Source of the DNA: a candidate division WOR-3 bacterium
GTDB lineage: Bacteria > Hydrothermota > Hydrothermia > JBDRYB01
Direction: 5' to 3'
Assembly (NCBI GenBank): GCA_039803205.1
Contig: JBDRYB010000002.1
Coordinates: forward strand, 96,243-160,242
Length of the DNA: 64,000 bases
Below are positions 57,127-64,000 of the stretch, piece by piece (within the stretch, counting starts at the first letter, position 1; each line of letters opens with the position of its first letter). The position numbers were made by a program, and so were the translations under genes. The notes below the pieces were generated by a model. The model searched no databases and was not told the origin of the DNA. It saw only the letters and a list, made by a program, of their open reading frames with translations.

Positions 57127-58659
57127 ATGAATGTGATCCTGGGCATTTTCATCCTTGGCCAGGCCCCCGAGCAGGTTCCGGGTTTTGCCCTACCGGACAC
57201 CGCTTACGAGATGACGCCTGTGGGGGGTGGGGATTATTTGCCCGTGATATCCCCTGACGGAAGAACCATGTTCTTCTGTTCAACGAGGCACGGGGGCTTG
57301 GGAGGGGAGGACATATGGGTCAGCTTCGCTGATTCTCTGGGAAACTGGGGGGCTCCTCAGAACCTCGCGGACCTTAACACCACAGCAAACGAGGGACCGA
57401 GCGCTGTCTCAGCTGATGGCAAAGCTCTGTTTTTGGGCTACAACACATCACCGGATCCGGCCATAAGGCGGTTTTTCGGCCTAAAGGAGGGTCAAGGAGG
57501 GATGGACATATTCGTTTCCAGGTGGAGGAAGGACAGGTGGAGTGCCCCGGAGAACCTCGGTCCCAAGCTCAATAGTCCAGGATGGGAAGCCCACGCCTCG
57601 GTGGCCCCGGATGGTTCAGCGATCTACTTTGCTTCAAACAGGGAAGGAGGCCTGGGCAAGACGGACATCTGGGTCTCCCGGTGGAACGGCTCTGCTTGGG
57701 AGGAACCTGAGAACCTCGGGCCTAATGTCAACACCCCATTTGAGGAGTATTCTCCGTTTATCGCTTCTGATGGGATAACTCTATATTTCTCCTCAAATGG
57801 CAGAGGCGGCCTTGGAGGCCAGGACATATTCGTTACTAGGTTCCAGGACGGGAAGTGGAGCGAGCCAAAGAACCTGGGAAGGCCCTACAATACCCCTCTT
57901 GATGACATATTCTTTTCAGTGCCAGCCTCAGGCGAATACATATATTTCTCAAGGGGGGACAGCATAACAGGCTCCGGGGATACGGTGTCCCACATATACC
58001 GGCTGAAACTCAAACCTGAGATAGCGCCCTCACCAGTAACCCTTGTCAAGGGAAGGGTCTACGACGCCTCAACGGGCGGGCCCCTTCGCGCTTGGGTCAC
58101 GGTTGAGCTCCTGGAAACGGGCGAGACCGTGCAAAGGGTTGAGACCGATCCCTACTCTGGAGGTTTCACCCTGATACTGCCAAAGAGGGCGATATATGGG
58201 GTGACGGCCGAGGCCGCGGCGGGTGATTTCACATATTCCTCATTCAACTACGATCTCACGGACGAGAGAACATACCAGGAATCCAGGCTAGAGATAGGGC
58301 TCATGCCCGTGAAAGCCGGCGCCAGCTTCTCTGTGAGGAACTTCCTCTTTGACTTTGATTCGGACAAGCTGAGGCCCGAGTCCGGCCCAGAGCTCTCAAG
58401 GCTCTCTTTGTTCCTGAAAGAACATCCTAGCATAAAGATAACCATAGAGGGCCACACGGACGATGTCGGGGAGGAGGATTACAACCGGGCCCTCTCCGAG
58501 AGGAGAGCAAGGGCTGTCCTAGAGGCTCTCGCGGCAATGGGAATACCCAGGAGCAGGATGAAGGCTCTTGGCTATGGGGAGAAAAGGCCCCTCGTTCCGA
58601 ACGATTCTGAGGAAAACAGGCAATTGAACAGACGGGTGGAGATAGTGATAAGCGAGTAG
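57127..58659 (+). CDS. OmpA-family protein with PD40 repeats (PorE-like architecture)
   Basis: PD40 repeats (SPDG..MFF.S.R.GGLG..DI.VS...W..P.NLG); carboxypeptidase-regulatory-like segment; OmpA_C IEGHTD...LSE.RA...NRRVE. Confidence 0.9.
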   Translation: MNVILGIFILGQAPEQVPGFALPDTAYEMTPVGGGDYLPVISPDGRTMFFCSTRHGGLGGEDIWVSFADSLGNWGAPQNLADLNTTANEGPSAVSADGKALFLGYNTSPDPAIRRFFGLKEGQGGMDIFVSRWRKDRWSAPENLGPKLNSPGWEAHASVAPDGSAIYFASNREGGLGKTDIWVSRWNGSAWEEPENLGPNVNTPFEEYSPFIASDGITLYFSSNGRGGLGGQDIFVTRFQDGKWSEPKNLGRPYNTPLDDIFFSVPASGEYIYFSRGDSITGSGDTVSHIYRLKLKPEIAPSPVTLVKGRVYDASTGGPLRAWVTVELLETGETVQRVETDPYSGGFTLILPKRAIYGVTAEAAAGDFTYSSFNYDLTDERTYQESRLEIGLMPVKAGASFSVRNFLFDFDSDKLRPESGPELSRLSLFLKEHPSIKITIEGHTDDVGEEDYNRALSERRARAVLEALAAMGIPRSRMKALGYGEKRPLVPNDSEENRQLNRRVEIVISE

Positions 58660-58880
58660 GGAGGTCTTGTGTTTGCCCACCCGAATTTTTTATCTCCTTG
58701 GCCTAGAACTGGTTTTTTTGTAACCGGAACTCCTTATCCGGCAAGGAATTACGCAAAATACCCTTGTTTTATGCTGGTTTCCAAAAAAATGTTTAGAGCC
58801 CTTATCCAGTGAGGATTTTGGGAGCTTGCTTCTCTCTCTGATTTATACTTTGGAGCTTCTCCAGAAGGAGGTAAGACAAA

Positions 58881-59180
58881 ATGAAAAAGGCAAGATGGCT
58901 GATAAGGCTGGCAATGGGGATAGCCCTTCTCGGGGGGCTCACGGGCATATCCAGGGCTGATGTGCAGTGTCCGCCGGGACACGAGAATGAGTGTGGGGCC
59001 AAAAAGGCTTATTACTGCATATGCTTTAACCCCCACCGAACTATCTTTATGGGATACGATTGTTGGTGCAGAGAGGGCCAGAGCTGCTATCCGTGCGTTC
59101 CTGTGCCTGATTGTAACCAGGTATGTGGTGGAGGCGGAGGAGGCACACAAGGAATAGGGTTCTTCTTCCCGCCATGGTGA
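58881..59180 (+). CDS. Secreted cysteine-rich small protein (10 Cys)
   Basis: AGGAGG RBS; signal peptide ending ISRA; 10 Cys, Gly6 linker, hydrophobic tail. Confidence 0.8.
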   Translation: MKKARWLIRLAMGIALLGGLTGISRADVQCPPGHENECGAKKAYYCICFNPHRTIFMGYDCWCREGQSCYPCVPVPDCNQVCGGGGGGTQGIGFFFPPW

Positions 59181-59214
59181 TAGGATCAAGAGAGAGAGAC
59201 AGTGGGAAAAGCAT

Positions 59215-60195
59215 ATGAAGAGGATAGGCCTTTTTGCGGGCCTGGTGTTGGCTGAGGCGCTCCAGCTGGAGCTTCCCGAGGGCTTCAAGATGACCAATCT
59301 GGTGGCCAACGGTGGCGATTACATATACGGGACCGCGGACAGCTCAGGTGTCACCTACCTTATGAAGTGGTCAGCCGATGGTAAGCTTCTCATAAAAAGA
59401 CTCTCAGAGGCCTGTTGCGGCTACCTTTGCCTTACGAAGGACTACCTGGTTGTAAGCGAGGCTACCACATCCCGGCTCACCATTTTCACCACGGATCTTG
59501 ATTACATCAAAGAGGTAATCCTTAAAACAAAGTGCCCTCCCCCGCGCATGACCTTCGGCCACAAGCATGTGTATCCACTTGAGGATGGGAGACTTCTCGT
59601 GATCGGAAAATATTTTGCCGGAGAAACTCTAGCAGTAGCCACCATTTGGGACACATCAGGGAAGTTCCTAGGGGTCTTTCTGTCCCCTGATAGCGCGTGG
59701 GCAAAGTCTCAACCCTTCGCGGCCTCGCCCATATTTTGCAGGAGCAAAGGCGATACGGTTCTTGCGGTTGATTTCTTTCCGTTCAAGCTTTACCTCATAT
59801 CCATCAAGGGCAAACCTGAGCTTCTTGACAGCTTCACCGTGAGGATCAAGAAGCGAAAGAACTTCTCCACTCCTGAAGGCGAAGCGGCCGAGGAGTATGA
59901 GGCATTCGTAAAGTGGATGGAGGAAGAATGCACATCCAACCACCCTGTTCTGGGCAAACAAGCTTATCCTCTGAGCGATGGCAGGATTGTTTTTGAGTTT
60001 GCCCAGTGTGCAAGCGTTGTTGATATAGACATGTCTCCCCACATAGGGATATACGATCCAGCAAAAAGGAAGGTTCTCTGGGCTGAGGATCTGAACACCT
60101 CTATCCTGGGCGGCATAAGGGGCGATACGCTTCTTATGGGCGCGAGCGGGTGTAATGCAAAAAGAACTGTGCTCCAGAAAGCGGTGGTTAAATAG
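59215..60195 (+). CDS. Secreted beta-strand-rich protein, probable beta-propeller
   Basis: Signal peptide MKRIGLFAGLVLAEA; repeated WSADGK / FTTDLD / WDTSGK / YDPAKR turns. Confidence 0.65.
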   Translation: MKRIGLFAGLVLAEALQLELPEGFKMTNLVANGGDYIYGTADSSGVTYLMKWSADGKLLIKRLSEACCGYLCLTKDYLVVSEATTSRLTIFTTDLDYIKEVILKTKCPPPRMTFGHKHVYPLEDGRLLVIGKYFAGETLAVATIWDTSGKFLGVFLSPDSAWAKSQPFAASPIFCRSKGDTVLAVDFFPFKLYLISIKGKPELLDSFTVRIKKRKNFSTPEGEAAEEYEAFVKWMEEECTSNHPVLGKQAYPLSDGRIVFEFAQCASVVDIDMSPHIGIYDPAKRKVLWAEDLNTSILGGIRGDTLLMGASGCNAKRTVLQKAVVK

Positions 60196-60307
60196 CCAAA
60201 AATTGGTTCGTTGTATGCCCATGGCATCGACAGGAATGTGATTAATTAACCCTAAAGCCCCCACCTATAGTTCCCATGGGGGAGAGCGGTGGCTCCTCTC
60301 TAACCAA

Positions 60308-60421
60308 TTATGAATTGTAATTGCCCTTCTTCCCCGTCAAAACCTTATAGAAGCACCAGAAAAACAGAGAGCCCACCACTCCCCAGCCTATTATCATGAA
60401 TGCCCAGCCTTGCCAGCTCAT
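60308..60421 (-). CDS. 37-aa single-TM protein, putative small partner subunit of the NSS transporter (MetS-like)
   Basis: Own translation MSWQGWAFMIIGWGVVGSLFFWCFYKVLTGKKGNYNS*; GGAGG RBS; ATGA overlap with the NSS stop. Confidence 0.8.
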   Translation of the reverse strand: MSWQGWAFMIIGWGVVGSLFFWCFYKVLTGKKGNYNS

Positions 60422-62034
60422 CCCTTACCTCCCTGGGTTTGCCTGCCGCGCCAGGCGAGCTTTATCAGCCAAGCGAACAGTATGGCAGTGGCAACCATGA
60501 AGAGCCTTCCTGCCCAAACTCCGACCCCGGAGCCGAGAAAGCCCCTGAGCCAGGCCAGAAAACCTTGCTGAATCACGGTCTTAACCGCTGGGGTTATTAT
60601 GTCCATGACCGTCCAGGTGCCGAGAATGATGATGAGGAGAACCGGGGTCACGAACTTCGTTATATACATGAAGAACCTGGGCACCCTGATAGCCGCGCCC
60701 TTGTGCAGCTCCTCCCAAGCCATATCAGACCCGAAGAACCACATGAGAATGATGACCTCAAATGTCGCGCCGAGGACCAGGCCAAAGGTTCCGGCCCAGA
60801 AGTCCATTTCATCCATAGCGCCGCGGAGCATTATGGGGATGTGGGTAAATATGAGGAGGAAAACCCCAAGGGTCAGAGCGGCTCTCAGCTTGCTGAAGCC
60901 ATATTCATCCTGGAGAAATGCGATTACGGGCTGAGATAGGGCAACGGACGATGTTATGCCCGCGAAGAACAGGAGGCCGAACCAGAAAGCGGAGAAAACC
61001 CACCCGAAGGGTATGGAAGAGAATATGGCCGGCATCGTGACGAAGCCCAAGTTGAAGCTCCCACCCCTTGCTATCTCTTGAGCGCCAACTACGCCAAAGA
61101 AAACCACTGCGGCTGGTATAGCGATTGAACCTCCGAGTATGACCTCGGCGAACTCGTTCGCTGAGGCGGTCGCAAGCCCGTTCAGGGCTATGTCGTCTTT
61201 TTCATCAAGATAGGAGGCGTATGTGATTATGGCTCCGAAACCGAGGGATAGGGTGAAGAATATCTGGCCTGCGGCCGCGAGCCAGACAGACGGCCTCAGA
61301 AGGGCTGACCACTGAGGCTCCCAGAGAAAGGCCAGGCCAGAAAGCGGCGTCTGGTCCGAGCTAATAGGCGCTCCGAGGGTGAACACCCTTACCACCAGGC
61401 TAGCGGCCATTATGAACAGGGCTGGCATGGCAAACTTCGCGAGGTTTTCAATTCCCTTCTGAACCCCAAGCGCGAGTATGGCTATGTTCAGGATGAATGT
61501 GAAGAGGAAAAACAGGTATGCTGGTAGAGAAGGGATTACGACCTGGCCCCCCATGAGGGTTTTCGCGTTCATGTATCCGGAGAGGAAATCGGAGAAGGGT
61601 TTGAGGACCTGGGCGACGCTCGTGTCCGCGAGGCCTGGGAGGCTTGGCATCTGTCCAAGGAGGGAGAGTATGCTGTAGCCAAGGCACCAGCTCTCTATGT
61701 AGTTGTAGTAGGTGACTATGACGAGAGGAAAGAGTATGCCCATTATTCCCAAGTATTTTGCTATGGGGTGCCTCCAAACGCTCTCGTATGCGCCCGGAGT
61801 GGAGCCGTGGCCAAGGACACCGGCACGCCTTCCGATTATCCACTCAACCCACATCAGGGGGAGGCCAATCAACAGAAAGGAAACGAAATACGGGATCATG
61901 AAAGCGCCGCCCCCGTTCTTGGCGGCTTGAACAGGGAAACGAAGGAAGTTACCCAGGCCTACGGCGTTTCCGGCCATAGCAAGGATGAGCCCTATGTTGC
62001 TTCCCCAGTGCTCTCTTTTTCTCGGACCAGCCAT
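60418..62034 (-). CDS. Sodium-dependent transporter (NSS/SNF family, LeuT-like)
   Basis: REHW, AGNAVGLGNFLRFP..A..NGGGAFMIPY, QIFFTLSLGFG. Confidence 0.95.
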   Translation of the reverse strand: MAGPRKREHWGSNIGLILAMAGNAVGLGNFLRFPVQAAKNGGGAFMIPYFVSFLLIGLPLMWVEWIIGRRAGVLGHGSTPGAYESVWRHPIAKYLGIMGILFPLVIVTYYNYIESWCLGYSILSLLGQMPSLPGLADTSVAQVLKPFSDFLSGYMNAKTLMGGQVVIPSLPAYLFFLFTFILNIAILALGVQKGIENLAKFAMPALFIMAASLVVRVFTLGAPISSDQTPLSGLAFLWEPQWSALLRPSVWLAAAGQIFFTLSLGFGAIITYASYLDEKDDIALNGLATASANEFAEVILGGSIAIPAAVVFFGVVGAQEIARGGSFNLGFVTMPAIFSSIPFGWVFSAFWFGLLFFAGITSSVALSQPVIAFLQDEYGFSKLRAALTLGVFLLIFTHIPIMLRGAMDEMDFWAGTFGLVLGATFEVIILMWFFGSDMAWEELHKGAAIRVPRFFMYITKFVTPVLLIIILGTWTVMDIITPAVKTVIQQGFLAWLRGFLGSGVGVWAGRLFMVATAILFAWLIKLAWRGRQTQGGKG

Positions 62035-62035
62035 T

Positions 62036-63106
62036 TCATCTCTCCTTTTTGAGTATTAGCCACATATCCCTCCCTACCCTCTGGCTCTCCTGTAAGTTGA
62101 ATCCTGGTGCTTGCTCGAGATCGTAAGGCCCTGGAAACGGGGACAAGCCTCCCCCCAAAACCTTCGGCGCCACACAGACTCGCAGTTCGTCAAGCCACGG
62201 ACCCTCAAGGAGGCTCCTCGCGATCCTCACTCCTCCCTCAAAGAACACAGAGTTTATCTCGGCCTCAGCCATCATTTTCAGAACGAGCTCCATATCCAGC
62301 TCATGGCCTATAACCCAGACATCGTGGCCCTTATCCTGGATTGCCATTATCTTGTTCTCATCCGCCTTATCCGTCGTGATCAGTATTGTCTGGGCAGACT
62401 GATCCAGGACCCTTGCTGAAAGGGGTATCCTGAGGGATGAATCAAGGATGATCCTGACCGGAGGCCTTGGCGCATACACCCTTCTGGGCGTCAAAAGCGG
62501 GTCATCGGCCAACACAGTTCCAATCCCAACCGAGACAGCGCAGAATTCCCCCCTCATCCTGTGAACCAGATCAAGGGATTCCTCGCAAGAAAGCCATTTG
62601 CTTTTGCCCTGGCTATCAGCCATGAACCCGTCCAAAGATACCGCTATCTTTAAGACAACATACGGAATGCCGAGCTCGTGACACTTGAAGTGCCCGGGGT
62701 TTATTGCCTTAGCCTCGGCCTCCAAGAGGCCAACCGAAACATCAATACCCGCCTCAATCAATTGCTTTACACCCTTGCCGTTGACTCGGGGGTTGGGATC
62801 GAGGCTCGCTATTACTGCTCGCTTTATTCCGGCTTCAATTATTCTGTCAGTGCAGGGCGGCTGTGTTCCGTGGTAACAATGGGGCTCAAGGGTCACATAC
62901 AGGGTTCCGCCCTTGGCGTGTTCCCCTGCCATGAAAAGAGCCTCTGCCTCAGCGTGTAGGGCCCCCGGGCCCCTGTAAAAACCCTGGCCTACTATCCGGC
63001 CCCTGTTGGTTATTACCGCTCCAACAGATGGTCTCGGCCCAGCAAAGGGTTTCCCTAAAATGGCCAGGTCCAAGGCCCTGGCCATCATATCCCTATCAAT
63101 ATCCAC
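62036..63106 (-). CDS. ribD: Riboflavin biosynthesis deaminase/reductase
   Basis: HAE, TLEP.C....PPC, DPNP.V.GKG, SLDG, DDP.LT.R, EGG. Confidence 0.95.
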   Translation of the reverse strand: MDIDRDMMARALDLAILGKPFAGPRPSVGAVITNRGRIVGQGFYRGPGALHAEAEALFMAGEHAKGGTLYVTLEPHCYHGTQPPCTDRIIEAGIKRAVIASLDPNPRVNGKGVKQLIEAGIDVSVGLLEAEAKAINPGHFKCHELGIPYVVLKIAVSLDGFMADSQGKSKWLSCEESLDLVHRMRGEFCAVSVGIGTVLADDPLLTPRRVYAPRPPVRIILDSSLRIPLSARVLDQSAQTILITTDKADENKIMAIQDKGHDVWVIGHELDMELVLKMMAEAEINSVFFEGGVRIARSLLEGPWLDELRVCVAPKVLGGGLSPFPGPYDLEQAPGFNLQESQRVGRDMWLILKKER

Positions 63107-63317
63107 CAGAGGTTATTATTATAATCTCTGGCCTCGCTTGATTTCAAGCTCGCGCGCTCGCGGACAAGGAAGTATTTGGATCACCCAGGCCTTCGGTGAG
63201 GCATCTGCGCGGCGTAAAGGACATGAAAACCCTGTTCAGCTGAGCTACCCATCGTTTCTCAGACCAGGGGGATATGCCGGGGATCAAAAATAAGCACAGA
63301 GGGGAAAGGATCATGAT

Positions 63318-63414
63318 AGCATTCCCTCACTATTGCATAACGCCTGCTATGTCCCAAGACTTCCATCAGTGGTGAAAGATATTCAAGGAGTCCTTCCATA
63401 GGAGACAAATTATG
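63318..63414 (-). mobile_element. Second copy of the IS/transposase 5' end seen at 21071
   Basis: Reverse complement CATAATTTGTCTCCTATGGAAGGACTC.TTGAATATCTTTCACCACTGATGGAAGTCTTGGGA... is near-identical to 21071-21167. Confidence 0.75.
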
Positions 63415-63498
63415 GCCTAGATGGCCAACCCAGGGCCAGCACCTCAGGAGGGCCTATTTATGAGGATTAGGAAAAGTTTTGGGTAAGGGTCAGTTCCT

Positions 63499-63729
63499 CT
63501 ATAGACGCTTGCCGCATTTGACACAAATACCTTTATGTTGATCGCACACCATGGCTGGATGTGATGCCGGCCATTTTTCGCATACCGCGCATGAATCCCG
63601 CTTACCGCTAAAGGAACAGCTATCACACAATAGTCCAGGATGGTCAGCTGGCCAACGACCACATATCGCGCACTGTTCCCTTTTGCTCCCAAAACCATGT
63701 TCATCACACAAGAGTGCTCTCTCAGTCAT
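63499..63729 (-). CDS. Triple-repeat Cys/His zinc-finger protein, PHF5/Rds3-like
   Basis: GGGGAGG RBS; six ligand pairs CDEH, CAIC, CDSC, CAVC, CDQH, CVKC in three internal repeats. Confidence 0.75.
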   Translation of the reverse strand: MTERALLCDEHGFGSKREQCAICGRWPADHPGLLCDSCSFSGKRDSCAVCEKWPASHPAMVCDQHKGICVKCGKRL

Positions 63730-63861
63730 CCAAGACCTCCCCTTTCTCTCCGCCCGAAAGTATAAAGGCCCGTGTCAAGCGCGCGCAAACTATGTGATCC
63801 TTCGTGATCCCTCACCCCCCTAGCCCCTGATTGACCCCGTGATTTATCATTTTGGGCATGA

Positions 63862-64000
63862 AGGAGAGGGCCGGAAGAAAGCCCATACTCTGATAGGCTC
63901 TGGACCTTGGCTTCTCTCCTCTGGTATTTGGGGCTCTCAGTTGAGAACACGGCTAAGGTGATGAGGGCGATAACGGGAAGAAAAGTCTCTCCCTCAGGGG
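63862..64000 (+). mobile_element. Possible transposase fragment (IS256-like), runs off window
   Basis: Own translation ...LWYLGLSVENTAKVMRAITGRKVSPSG resembles the G.S......L.G..VS HTH region; no clean start. Confidence 0.35.

Noticed and set aside
44645..59180. SagB pair plus Cys-rich peptide as an azole RiPP cluster
   Set aside because: About 13 kb apart, no YcaO, and the peptide has a Sec-type signal rather than a RiPP leader.
58749..59309. 186-aa minus-strand ORF over the Cys-rich gene
   Set aside because: Antisense shadow; the plus-strand ORF has the RBS and signal peptide.
63107..63300. FMN riboswitch upstream of ribD
   Set aside because: No conserved FMN aptamer motifs (AGGGCGGGGTG..ATTCCC.ACCGGCGGT) visible.
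63444..63823. Alternative ORFs overlapping the PHF5-like gene
   Set aside because: No comparable RBS or repeat structure; 63499-63729 has both.

Overview
Gene-dense, moderately GC-rich diderm bacterial chromosome segment. LolA, OmpA and many secreted beta-propeller proteins with a short T9SS-like C-terminal domain suggest a WOR-3/FCB-related lineage (inference). Housekeeping genes include topA, sucD, lolA, priA, thiE, murQ, rfbB, hutU, a tRNA nucleotidyltransferase, feoB, ribD, two NSS transporters and tRNA-Phe. A decayed integrative island at about 18.1-21.85 kb has duplicated integrase tails, an orphan cargo gene, a HEPN-MNT pair, a tRNA-Lys 3' fragment and an IS remnant, and several more IS or gene remnants are scattered elsewhere. 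The most striking item is a 76-aa Cys/His protein (63499-63729, minus strand) whose three-repeat ligand pattern looks like a circularly permuted bacterial version of the spliceosomal triple zinc finger PHF5A/Rds3. Also notable are a secreted 10-Cys peptide paired with a propeller-like protein, an S8 protease with a ~310-aa insertion inside its catalytic domain, a coupled SagB-SagB-barrel-propeller operon and a small NSS partner ORF missing from the ORF track. All family calls come from motif recognition by eye; no searches were run.
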